DNA from: Alphaproteobacteria bacterium
Lineage (GTDB): Bacteria > Pseudomonadota > Alphaproteobacteria > Bin95
Assembly (NCBI GenBank): GCA_029978325.1
Contig: JAPOJR010000003.1
Coordinates: forward strand, 1 to 57,653
DNA length: 57,653 bases
Direction: 5' to 3'
Of the stretch, positions 48,946-57,653 are shown one piece after another; the first letter of the stretch is position 1; each line of letters starts with the position of its first letter. The notes below the pieces were generated by a model. It did no database searches. It saw only the letters and a list, made by a program, of their open reading frames with translations, and was not told the origin of the DNA. Made by a program: the position numbers and the translations under genes.

Positions 48946-49662
48946 CTAGAGCAGTTCGACGTTCGAAGCGACCATGCCCTTTTGGCCCTGGCGCGCAGAA
49001 ACCCGAACCCGTTGGTTGGTGTCCAGGGATGCAACGCCAGTGCGCTCCAGAACGCGACCGGAGACGAACACATCGGGGCTGCCGTCATCGGGAGCGATAA
49101 AGCCATAGCCTTTTTCAGCGTTGTAGAACTTTACGGTTCCATCAACCACCGTCGCCGGCCCTTGGTCACGATCGCCAAAACCGCCACGCTCGCCACGCGG
49201 CGGGCCATAAGCGCTGCGGCCACCGCCACCAAAACCGCCGCGATCACCACGATCGCCGCCACCAAAGCCGCCGCGGTCGCCACCGTAACCGCCACGGTCG
49301 CCACCGCCGAAGCCACCGCGATCCCGACCACCGCCGAAACCACCGCGGTCGCCGCCGCCGAAGCCGCCACGATCACCGAAGTCACGGCGTGGCGGACGGG
49401 ACTGGCGGGCACCGCCCTCAGCCAACGTCACTTCATGCACAGCCGCGACTTGCTGGCCTTTAGCGCCGTCGGAAATATCACAGACCAGCGTGCTGCCGTC
49501 CGTCAGTTCGTCATGGCCGGTCGGGACCAGGACGGATGCATGTAAAAATGCGTCGGTTCCGTCGTCCAACTGAACGAACCCGAACCCCTTGGTAGCGTTG
49601 AACCACTTGACTGTTACGGTCACGCTTTCGGCCTTAATTGGCGGCCGGCGGAAATCTGACAT
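48946..49662 (-). CDS. Two-domain cold-shock protein with RGG-rich linker
   Basis: KWFNATKGFGF and KFYNAEKGYGF CSDs separated by DRGG(F/Y)GG repeats. Confidence 0.93.
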   Translation of the reverse strand: MSDFRRPPIKAESVTVTVKWFNATKGFGFVQLDDGTDAFLHASVLVPTGHDELTDGSTLVCDISDGAKGQQVAAVHEVTLAEGGARQSRPPRRDFGDRGGFGGGDRGGFGGGRDRGGFGGGDRGGYGGDRGGFGGGDRGDRGGFGGGGRSAYGPPRGERGGFGDRDQGPATVVDGTVKFYNAEKGYGFIAPDDGSPDVFVSGRVLERTGVASLDTNQRVRVSARQGQKGMVASNVELL

Positions 49663-49913
49663 GATCTAAGAACCACTCCATGGCAGGCGACTTCAATGTT
49701 GGCCTGCAAACGTGCTGAGCTTTTTTGGTCGGGGAGACGGAAACACAGGTAAGAGCGGCACAAGATGGCGGTAAGATTGGTGCCCTACCGCCGGTCCGCC
49801 GTCGACCATGGAACTCAACTGTTTCGACTACTTGCTATTTTACGCACCTTATCATGAGGCCACCATCGAAAAATCTGTTTCGGGCGAACCTCCGTTCACT
49901 TACCTATGAGCGG

Positions 49914-49942
49914 ACTCTACGTGTCCCGCTTATTGCAATCAA
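49914..49942 (-). promoter_or_regulatory. Sigma70-like promoter for the cold-shock gene
   Basis: TTGATT-17 nt-TAGAGT on the minus strand. Confidence 0.45.
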
Positions 49943-50013
49943 CGAAAACTCTGTAACAGGATTGCGACATTACGGTTACATCGCGGGCCCGCTGCGTACT
50001 GTGGTTGCGATCG

Positions 50014-50823
50014 TTACTCAAATCGCCCGGCGCCCGCCATCATTCCGCCATCGACAATCAGGGTTTGTCCGCAAATCCACTGCCCTGCCCGACTGGCCAG
50101 CATGACTGCAATGCCGGCGATATCGTCCGGATCGCCTAACCGTTTGAGAGGATAGGTCATTAGCGCAGTTTCGTGGCGCACAGGGTTCTCCCACAGGGCG
50201 CGGGCAAAGTCGGTTTTGACCAGTGCCGGCGCGACACAATTCGCCCGAATGTTGGCGCTGCCCCATTCCACCGTCATGTTCCGGACCAGTTGCATATCCG
50301 CCGCCTTCGACAGGCAATAGGCGCCGATTTTCGGATCGCCATAGGCTCCGCCGATTGATGAAATCACGATAAAGTTACCACCGCCGCGCGCTGCCATCTG
50401 CGGGCAAACAAGACCCGAAAACCAGATCGGGCTTTGCACGTTGGTGCTCATGATTTTGGCAAACGCCTCTTCGGGAATCTCATGCAGCGGACCATAGTAA
50501 GGATTGATAGCGGCATTTGCGACAAACGTGTCGATCTGGCCCCATTTGTCCATTGCTGCGGCGACCAGGGCCTCACACTCCGGCCGGCGCCCGATATTGG
50601 CCGGCACGCCGATCGCCTCGCCGCCGTTAGCGGCAAAATCGCGGTTGATCTCAGCCGTCACCGCCTCGACGACATCGGCCTTGCGCGACGAGACCACCAC
50701 CTTGGCGCCGTGTTGCGCCATGCGCGCTGCGATAGCCTTACCGATCCCTTTGGTCGATCCGGTCACGACTGCGACCTGACCGGACAGGTCGAACATGTCG
50801 GGCGTCTTGCGTGATTCGCTCAT
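50014..50823 (-). CDS. SDR family oxidoreductase
   Basis: TGSTKGIG, NAA, YCLSK, NCVAPA. Confidence 0.95.
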   Translation of the reverse strand: MSESRKTPDMFDLSGQVAVVTGSTKGIGKAIAARMAQHGAKVVVSSRKADVVEAVTAEINRDFAANGGEAIGVPANIGRRPECEALVAAAMDKWGQIDTFVANAAINPYYGPLHEIPEEAFAKIMSTNVQSPIWFSGLVCPQMAARGGGNFIVISSIGGAYGDPKIGAYCLSKAADMQLVRNMTVEWGSANIRANCVAPALVKTDFARALWENPVRHETALMTYPLKRLGDPDDIAGIAVMLASRAGQWICGQTLIVDGGMMAGAGRFE

Positions 50824-50827
50824 GTCC

Positions 50828-51628
50828 TCACCCTCCTTCCCGGCCGGAGCCGGCCATCATGCCGCCATCAATCGTAATGGCCTGGCCGCTCATCCAAGCC
50901 CCCGCCGGACCGGCAAGCGCCACAACGACGCCGGAGACGTCCTCAACCGTGCCGATACGGCCCATTGGGTAGACCCAGTCCACCGGCGTGCCATCGCTCA
51001 ATTTGTCGTCGTCCGCACTTTGTCCGTCCTTCGCAATTGCAGCCGGAGCGATACAGTTGGCGCGGATATTCATCGGCCCCCATTCGACCGCCAGATTCCG
51101 GGCAAGCTGCACGCTGGCTGCTTTTGTGATGCCATAGAGGCCGGTTTCCGGGGTACCGCGCAGGCCATCGGCCGAGCCAATGACAATGACCGCGCCATCG
51201 CGGCGGCTGGCCATATCCGGGCAGGCGCGCGCTGTTAGCCAAAGCACGCCGCGGATATTGGTATCGAATGTCCGGGCGACATCTGCTTCCGATGCCCCGG
51301 CGACCGGACCGACGTCGCCGCCGGCATCCGCATTGCAAACCAGGATATCGACCCGCCCCCAAACACTCAGCGCCTGGTCGACCAGCGCGTTGCATTGGTC
51401 CCGGTCGGCGAAATCGCAAGCCGCGCCGATAGCGTCGCCCGCAGCGGCGGCCGGATCGGCTTTGACCGCGGCGGCGGCAGCGGCGGCGGCGTCTGCATCG
51501 TGCGCAGCAGCGACGACCTTTGCCCCGTGCCGGGCCAGTTGCTGCACGATCGACCGGCCGACGCCGCTTGCAGCGCCGGTAACGATCGCGACCTTGCCGG
51601 TCAGGTCAAACAGCGGCGGTAGAGGCAT
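50828..51628 (-). CDS. SDR family oxidoreductase (tandem paralog)
   Basis: TGAASGVG, YGITK, NCIAPA; C-terminus resembles the neighbouring SDR. Confidence 0.92.
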   Translation of the reverse strand: MPLPPLFDLTGKVAIVTGAASGVGRSIVQQLARHGAKVVAAAHDADAAAAAAAAVKADPAAAAGDAIGAACDFADRDQCNALVDQALSVWGRVDILVCNADAGGDVGPVAGASEADVARTFDTNIRGVLWLTARACPDMASRRDGAVIVIGSADGLRGTPETGLYGITKAASVQLARNLAVEWGPMNIRANCIAPAAIAKDGQSADDDKLSDGTPVDWVYPMGRIGTVEDVSGVVVALAGPAGAWMSGQAITIDGGMMAGSGREGG

Positions 51629-51719
51629 TGAACCCACCTTCTGGCAATACTGAGGAGTTGACAGTTGGGAGCATGCCATCCCGACCGCACGTTGTCACGG
51701 GTGCGGGCAATGCCGCGAG

Positions 51720-52100
51720 TCAGCTGCGGATTTGCTTCCAGTAGCTGTCCTTGTAGGCAATTTTGCCGTCGCGGACCTCATAGAGGTCGCAACCGCGCCA
51801 GTCCGCCGGCTGGCCGTCCTGGGTCTTACCGGAAATACGGAAAGTGCCAACCACCTGGCTGCCGTTGATCGTCACCTTGGTATCCGAAAAGCGCAGGTTC
51901 GCCATGGTCACGTCGCGTTCGGCAAGAGCCCGGCGCAAATCTTCCTTGCCCTGGACAATCCGGCCCCACGGCGCATCCGGCCCCACGGCCTGCCGCCATT
52001 CGAAATCATCGGTCACGCAGGCTACAATGCCTTCAACGTCACCCTGCATGAACGCCCGGCCGAACTCGGCCATCAACTTGGCGGTTGCTGTATCGCTCAT
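51720..52100 (-). CDS. NTF2/SnoaL-like protein
   Basis: GDVEGIVACVTDD, GCDLYEVRDGKIAYKDSY. Confidence 0.85.
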   Translation of the reverse strand: MSDTATAKLMAEFGRAFMQGDVEGIVACVTDDFEWRQAVGPDAPWGRIVQGKEDLRRALAERDVTMANLRFSDTKVTINGSQVVGTFRISGKTQDGQPADWRGCDLYEVRDGKIAYKDSYWKQIRS

Positions 52101-52111
52101 CGGTATGCCTC

Positions 52112-52864
52112 CTATTTTTTGGATGCTGTTTGGTCAGTCCCGAGCCGGTAGGCTGCCAGTTTCTCGTATAGCGGCATAGCCCTGTCCGCCATTTTCTCCA
52201 GGTCGGCGCTCAACACGACCGCATGATGCTTGGGCGGCGCGAAGCCTGTGGAGCGCAAGACCGAATCGTACCAATGCGACGCCCAAACACCATCGCTCTC
52301 TCTTGGCCCGGCCGGCCATGACAGCATTTCGGCGCAGAAGGAAACGCCCAAGGCCCGACAGAGCGCACGCAGCACCGCTTCCGGCGAAGCTTGCAGGTCG
52401 TCGGCATCGATGACAGGCGGCGGGCTGCCGGTGCGGTCTGATAGGCGCTCGAACAACTCCGCCTGCTGGGCAATGCCAATATCCGCCAGCGTCGGCGCAG
52501 CGCGCTTTTGGTCGTAGGATGCCAGCACCCGGCGCGGGTTGCGGATCAGGAAGGCATTGCAGAGACCGTCGATCCAGGCGCGCGGCATGTCCGCCAACAA
52601 GTGGTGGCTCATGTGCTTTTGATAGACGATGGCCGCGCCGGCTATACCGGTCATCGCCACAGCGACGGCGCCGGCGTCCTGTGGCTGCGAAGCTAACACC
52701 TGGTCGCGCATCGGATGATCCAGGCCCGTGGTAGCCAGGTAGGCGGCATAGAGCGGCTCATCCACCACCCGGCAATCGGGACGGTTCTCCCAGGCCCGCA
52801 TCAATGCGGTGGACAGCGCCCGCGGACCCGACCACATGGCGATGCGCATGACGTCCTTCGTCAT
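52112..52864 (-). CDS. Sulfotransferase-like P-loop protein
   Basis: AMWSGPRALST, DEPLYA, YQKHMSHH, FLIRNP, GVWASHWY; ATGA-coupled to the upstream gene. Confidence 0.8.
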   Translation of the reverse strand: MTKDVMRIAMWSGPRALSTALMRAWENRPDCRVVDEPLYAAYLATTGLDHPMRDQVLASQPQDAGAVAVAMTGIAGAAIVYQKHMSHHLLADMPRAWIDGLCNAFLIRNPRRVLASYDQKRAAPTLADIGIAQQAELFERLSDRTGSPPPVIDADDLQASPEAVLRALCRALGVSFCAEMLSWPAGPRESDGVWASHWYDSVLRSTGFAPPKHHAVVLSADLEKMADRAMPLYEKLAAYRLGTDQTASKK

Positions 52865-53637
52865 TTTACGGCGACGGAGGCCTCGCCCAGGCCTTGCACC
52901 CGGCAGGTGACCGTCTGGCCAGCCGCAGGAAATTGCGTGCGCACGAAGCTGCCGCACATCACGATATCGCCGGCCTTCAGCATCCTGCCGCGGGCATTCA
53001 GACTGTTGGCCAGCCAGATTACTGCATTCAACGGGTGGCCCAAAATATCCGCGCCGGTGCCCTCCGCCACGACGACACCATCGATCAGCATCGCGCCCTT
53101 GACCGCGCCCAAATCCAAGGCGCGCCAGTCCTTGACTTCGGGGCCGATGACGATGCCGGCGTTCAGCGAGTTGTTAGCGACAAGGCGAATGGCGGTGATC
53201 GCGGCATAGTCGGCGTTCTGATCGTCCACCAGCTCGATTGCCGCGCGCGCCGAGGAAACGCAGGCAGCGGCACTGTCGGCGGTATAGGCACCGTTTGCGC
53301 CGGTCATATCCTGGCCAATAGTCAGCGCAATTTCCGCCTCGACACCCAGCCGCCCCAGCTTGGCGGTGTCGCAAACGGCCGGACTGGAGTGCACTCGGTC
53401 ACGCAGCACAGCGCCTTCGCAGGGATGATCGACGCCGCACATCTGCTGCATCACCGGGCTGGTCAGTGCGACTTTCCAGCCGACGGTGGGACCGTCGTCG
53501 GCCTGCATCAATGCGACGAAGGCGTCCTGAATCCGATAAGCCTCTGCAAGGTCGGCAACTCCTCCAGGCGGATCGCCTAGAACGGCATGCGCTTTGCGAG
53601 CAGCATAGAGGGCGGCGGCGGCAGTTTCAGCGGTCAT
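52861..53637 (-). CDS. 2-keto-4-pentenoate hydratase-like (FAA hydrolase family)
   Basis: EAYRIQ, GWKVALTS, EAEIA, GHPLNAVIWLAN, GDIVMCGS. Confidence 0.92.
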   Translation of the reverse strand: MTAETAAAALYAARKAHAVLGDPPGGVADLAEAYRIQDAFVALMQADDGPTVGWKVALTSPVMQQMCGVDHPCEGAVLRDRVHSSPAVCDTAKLGRLGVEAEIALTIGQDMTGANGAYTADSAAACVSSARAAIELVDDQNADYAAITAIRLVANNSLNAGIVIGPEVKDWRALDLGAVKGAMLIDGVVVAEGTGADILGHPLNAVIWLANSLNARGRMLKAGDIVMCGSFVRTQFPAAGQTVTCRVQGLGEASVAVK

Positions 53638-53653
53638 TTCAAATCTCCCCAGC

Positions 53654-54292
53654 TTAGTCTCTGACGGAATGGCCCAGCAGCGCTTCCAGGTCGTCCAACG
53701 CCTGGGCGGCGGATGTCACCTTGATCGTCGCCATGCCCATATCGCGCGCCGGCTTCAGGTTGATGCCCAGGTCATCCAGAAATATCGCCTGACTGGGCTC
53801 GATCTCCAACATGGCGCAGGCTTTCCGGTAGAATTCAGGCTCCGGCTTGCGCACGCCGACCTTCGAGCTTTCGACGACGACGCCAAAAATCTTCATAATT
53901 TCGTCGATCTTAGCCTGCCTGTGGGGAGGCCGGGTCGTCGCCCTAACATTATTGGTCAGGCAGGCGGTCTTATAGCGGGCGGCCACGTTGCGAAGGGCTG
54001 CCACCATTTCCGACCGCACCTCACCGGAGAGTAGCGAAATCACCTTTTTGCCGGAAAGTTCGCCGCCAGCCGCAAGAGCCTCCGCCTCGAAGAGGCGGCA
54101 AAATTCTTCGGCCGTGACCTCCGAACGCTCCAGCCTGGCCCAGGCGTTCGTATCGGGATTGCGGGCGTTCAGTTGCCGGATAAAGCCCGGCGGCAAGCCA
54201 ATATCCGCCTCGTACTCGGCAAATGCATCGAACGGGCTGGACAGAATGACACCGCCGAAATCCCAAAGGACGGCGGAGAATGGACCGGGCAT
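53654..54292 (-). CDS. HAD-IA family hydrolase
   Basis: LWDFGGV, LTNN, VRKPEP, FLDDLGINL. Confidence 0.92.
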   Translation of the reverse strand: MPGPFSAVLWDFGGVILSSPFDAFAEYEADIGLPPGFIRQLNARNPDTNAWARLERSEVTAEEFCRLFEAEALAAGGELSGKKVISLLSGEVRSEMVAALRNVAARYKTACLTNNVRATTRPPHRQAKIDEIMKIFGVVVESSKVGVRKPEPEFYRKACAMLEIEPSQAIFLDDLGINLKPARDMGMATIKVTSAAQALDDLEALLGHSVRD

Positions 54293-54379
54293 TGGCTACT
54301 CACTGCACAGGACGGAACGCTCAGAGCAGCAACAAACCATGGCTTGACGCGAATGGCCAGAGGCAAGCGCAGGGTCTTC

Positions 54380-55897
54380 TCAAGTGCCACAGAATGTTTG
54401 CGGCACCACCTGCTCCGGCGTTGGCGGCAATGCGTACCGCGCTGCGTCTGGCTGGTCGTCGAATGGGTGGGCCAGCACGGCTAGCAACGCCTCCATCGGC
54501 CCGAAGTCGCCCCTATCCTCGCCGGCGCGGATCGCCTCTTCCACCAGATGATTGCGCGGAATAAACAACGGATTGACCGCGCGCATCGCGGCGGCCCGGT
54601 CTACCGGCGCCACATCCTCGCGCTGCGCCCGCGCCGCCCAGGCTTGCAGCCATTCTTCGAACACAGCCGGGTCGTTGAACAAATTGCGGGGATTGCGCAG
54701 AGCGAGTCCCTGGCCATCGACCACATTCGCTAACCAACGGAAGGTCAGGGTAAAATCCGCCTCGCCCTTGGTCATCGCGGTCAAAAGGCCCTGCGCCAGC
54801 GCCAAATCGCCGGCCTCGGCACTGAAAAGGCCAAGCTTGGCGCGCAGCCCTTCGGTAAACGCCGCCTCGAAGCGTTTGGGAAAAGTGTCGACAATAGCCT
54901 GCGCCTGTTGCACAGCGGCTTCGGGGCTTTCGTCCAGGATAGGCAACAGCGCCTGTGCCAATTGCGCCAGATTCCATTGCGCTATGCTGGCCTGATTGCC
55001 ATAGGCATAGCGCCCCTGGTGGTCGATCGAGCTATAGACCCGGCCCGGATGAAACGCGTCCATAAACGCACAGGGGCCATAGTCGATGGTTTCGCCGGCA
55101 ATTTGCATGTTGTCGGTGTTCATCACGCCATGGATGAAACCGACCAGCATCCACTGCGCCACCAACGCTGCCTGCCGGACCAAAATAGCTTCCAGCATCG
55201 CCGCATAAGGCTGGTCTGCTGCGGCGGCCTCGGGATAGTGGCGGTCGATGACGTGATCAGCCAGCGCGCGCAGACCTTCGGCATCGTCCCGGCTATAGAG
55301 ATACTGGAAGGTGCCGACCCGGATATGGCTTTGTGCGACCCTGGTCAGGACCGCACCGGGCAGCGCTGATTCCCGGTACACGGCATCGCCGGTGGTTACC
55401 GCCGCCAGCGAGCGGGTGGTGGGTATGCCGAGCGCGTACATTGCTTCGCTGATTATATATTCCCGCATGACCGGGCCCAGCGCCGCGCGCCCATCGGCAG
55501 ACCGCGAATACGGCGTCCGGCCGGACCCTTTCAACTGGATATCCCGGCGCACGCCGTCGCGACCGACAATCTCGCCCAGCAAAATGGCGCGGCCATCGCC
55601 CAATTGCGGAGACCAACCGCCGAATTGGTGGCCGGCATAGACCTGCGCCAGGGGATCGGCGCCCGGCGGCAGGCGGTTTCCCGCCAACATCTGCACCCCT
55701 GCCTCAGAAGCGAGCGCGTCGGCATCCAATCCCAGCAGGTCTGCCAACGGCCGGTTGACCTTTATCAGCCCAGGTCCGGAGACCGGTGACGGCGACAGCC
55801 GGGTAAAGAACCGGCCAGGCAGCCGGGCGTAGCTGTTATCGAATACCGCCGAAGCAAATGGGCCGGTCGGCGGATTGGCAGCGAGATCTTGGGGCAC
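54380..55897 (-). CDS. selO: Protein adenylyltransferase SelO/YdiU
   Basis: YAGHQFG, LGDGRA, QLKGSG-TPYSR-DGRA, HGVMNTDN, TFCGT end. Confidence 0.95.
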   Translation of the reverse strand: MPQDLAANPPTGPFASAVFDNSYARLPGRFFTRLSPSPVSGPGLIKVNRPLADLLGLDADALASEAGVQMLAGNRLPPGADPLAQVYAGHQFGGWSPQLGDGRAILLGEIVGRDGVRRDIQLKGSGRTPYSRSADGRAALGPVMREYIISEAMYALGIPTTRSLAAVTTGDAVYRESALPGAVLTRVAQSHIRVGTFQYLYSRDDAEGLRALADHVIDRHYPEAAAADQPYAAMLEAILVRQAALVAQWMLVGFIHGVMNTDNMQIAGETIDYGPCAFMDAFHPGRVYSSIDHQGRYAYGNQASIAQWNLAQLAQALLPILDESPEAAVQQAQAIVDTFPKRFEAAFTEGLRAKLGLFSAEAGDLALAQGLLTAMTKGEADFTLTFRWLANVVDGQGLALRNPRNLFNDPAVFEEWLQAWAARAQREDVAPVDRAAAMRAVNPLFIPRNHLVEEAIRAGEDRGDFGPMEALLAVLAHPFDDQPDAARYALPPTPEQVVPQTFCGT

Positions 55898-55943
55898 CTG
55901 TCAGCGTCCTCTAATGCATACCATGCGAACTGATGCCAAATAC

Positions 55944-56846
55944 TTAGGTCTTGCGTTGCCGTGGGTCCAGGATATCACGCACCGCATCGCCCAACAAATT
56001 GGTGCCGAACACCACCAGGCTGATGGCGATCCCCGGGAAAATCACCAACCAGGGCGCGGTCCGCACGTATTCCGCAGCGCTTTCGCTCAACATGCGCCCC
56101 CAGGAGGCGTGCGGCTCGGGAATGCCAAGGCCGAGGAACGACAGGCTGGCCTCGGTCAGGATCGCAGAGCCCAGCTGCGCCGTCGCCAGCACGATCAGGG
56201 GCGCGAGCGTATTCGGCAGAACGTGCCGGACAGCGATCCTCAATTCGCTCATGCCTGCGGCCCGGGCCGATTCGACGAACGGCATCTCGCGCAAGGACAG
56301 GGTATTGGAGCGGATGATACGCGCAACGTTCGGGATCAGGGGGATCGAAATGGCAATGATAGTATTTTCCAGCGATGGCCCGAGCGACGCCGCCATCACC
56401 AGCGCCATCACCAGCAGCGGTAACGCCTGCATGACGTCAATGATACGCTGCGTGATCAGGTCGAACCAGCCCAACAGGTAACCGCTGGCCAGGCCGATAA
56501 TGACGCCAAAAAGGCAGCCGAGAAACGTCGAGCCGATGCCGACCATCAGCGATATCCGGGCGCCATATATGATGCGGCTGAACACGTCGCGCCCCATCAC
56601 GTCGGCGCCAAGCATGTGCGCCCCGCCTGGTGCAGCAAGCGAGTCGGCAGCGTTTGTCGTATAGGGATCGACCCCGGTCACCAGTTCGGCGAAGATGGCG
56701 CAGAAAACGAATGCCAACGTAATGGCCGCGCCAATCGCCCCTAACGGATACCGGCGGCAAAACGTGCGGAAATGGTACCAGACGCCTTTACGCCGGATCT
56801 CTGTGCTGGGCAGTTCTTCGATAGAGAACGAGGATGGGGTGGTCAT
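55944..56846 (-). CDS. Dpp/Opp ABC permease (DppC-like)
   Basis: LGADVMGRD, FVESARAAG, EASLSFLGLG. Confidence 0.95.
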   Translation of the reverse strand: MTTPSSFSIEELPSTEIRRKGVWYHFRTFCRRYPLGAIGAAITLAFVFCAIFAELVTGVDPYTTNAADSLAAPGGAHMLGADVMGRDVFSRIIYGARISLMVGIGSTFLGCLFGVIIGLASGYLLGWFDLITQRIIDVMQALPLLVMALVMAASLGPSLENTIIAISIPLIPNVARIIRSNTLSLREMPFVESARAAGMSELRIAVRHVLPNTLAPLIVLATAQLGSAILTEASLSFLGLGIPEPHASWGRMLSESAAEYVRTAPWLVIFPGIAISLVVFGTNLLGDAVRDILDPRQRKT

Positions 56847-56864
56847 GGGGTCTGCTCCAGCCGG

Positions 56865-57653
56865 CTAGCTATAACGAATGCGGGGGTCGAGAACAGCATA
56901 GAGCAGATCGACGATTAAGTTGACGGTCACCACGATCAGGGCGATCAGCATCACCAAATTTTGCACGATCGGATAATCGCGCCACTGGATCGCCTCCACC
57001 AAGAAGCGGGCAACGCCCGGAATGTTGAAGACCGTTTCGGTCACGATCAACCCGCCGATCAGAAACGCCGCTTCGATGCCTATGATGGTCGTCACCGGCA
57101 AAATGGCGTTCCGCAGCGCGTGCTTGTAATTGATCACATTCTCGCTTGCCCCCTTGCTGCGCGCGGTGCGCACATAGTCCTGCCGCATCACTTCCAACAT
57201 GCTAGAGCGTGTCAGGCGCATGATGATCGCGGAGGCGCGGAAGCCGACCGCAGCGGCCGGAATAATCAACAGGGTAAATTCATCATACCAGGTCTCCGGC
57301 GGCGCTGTGTAAATCGGGATATAGCCCGCCCAGGCGACGAAGGCGGTCAGGATCAACAGGCCCAGCCAGAAGCTCGGCAGCGACAGACCGGACAGAGAAA
57401 CGATGCGAACGACATAATCCGCCCAGGTGTTTTGCCGGACTGCACTAATAACGCCCAACGGCAAGCCGATCAGGACCGAGAAAAACAGCGACAGCCCCGC
57501 CAGCTTGGCGGTTAGGGGGATCCGCGGCGCCAATTCATCGATTGCCGGCAACTCCGAAACATAGGAATAGCCCAACTTGCCCTGCACCAGATTGCTGATC
57601 CAATTCCAGTATTGCTCCCATAAGGGCAGGTTCAGCCCCAGTTCTTTCTCCAG
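56865..57653 (-). CDS. Dpp/Opp ABC permease (DppB-like), 5' partial
   Basis: QDYVRTARSKG, HALRNA, LDPRIRY; frame open to the window edge. Confidence 0.93.
   Translation of the reverse strand: MEKELGLNLPLWEQYWNWISNLVQGKLGYSYVSELPAIDELAPRIPLTAKLAGLSLFFSVLIGLPLGVISAVRQNTWADYVVRIVSLSGLSLPSFWLGLLILTAFVAWAGYIPIYTAPPETWYDEFTLLIIPAAAVGFRASAIIMRLTRSSMLEVMRQDYVRTARSKGASENVINYKHALRNAILPVTTIIGIEAAFLIGGLIVTETVFNIPGVARFLVEAIQWRDYPIVQNLVMLIALIVVTVNLIVDLLYAVLDPRIRYS

Noticed and set aside
49160-49390. Repetitive DNA read as a VNTR or array
   Set aside because: It encodes the in-frame RGG linker with synonymous variation
54380-54394. SelO ending C-G-T-TGA read as a CxxU selenocysteine motif
   Set aside because: The Cys of TFCGT already aligns with the CSS/USS terminus of SelO proteins, and I see no SECIS-like hairpin after the TGA

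Overview
Chromosomal window of a GC-rich alphaproteobacterium (Rhodospirillales-like by gene content; this is inference). The left edge holds the end of a DUF2924 + large serine recombinase element next to the 3' end of tRNA-Gln(CTG). A conserved core block follows (ppx, rlmE, guaB, guaA, DUF2794, YfgM-like TPR, BamB-like, der). Most of the rest is catabolic or transport genes: a dimethylformamidase-like enzyme, two amidohydrolases, a GNAT-nitrilase fusion, a ThDP enzyme, TRAP and Dpp/Opp ABC parts, an LLM monooxygenase, an acyl-CoA ligase, PrpD, an S1P-lyase-like enzyme and SDRs. CopA, MATE, Crp, a two-domain cold-shock protein and SelO are also present. Two things are not explained by standard annotation. 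(1) The only large gene-free gap (33885-34668) has three ~130-nt-periodic modules. Each has a conserved motif, a GGAGG and an exactly 11-codon ORF starting M-x-P-P, inside a hairpin-rich plus-strand stretch that ends in a terminator. (2) A translationally coupled AdoMet-decarboxylase-like + SET-domain gene pair with an altered SET motif sits behind a leader loosely resembling a SAM-II riboswitch. No CRISPR array or rRNA was seen. All family assignments come from motif recognition by eye, not database searches.
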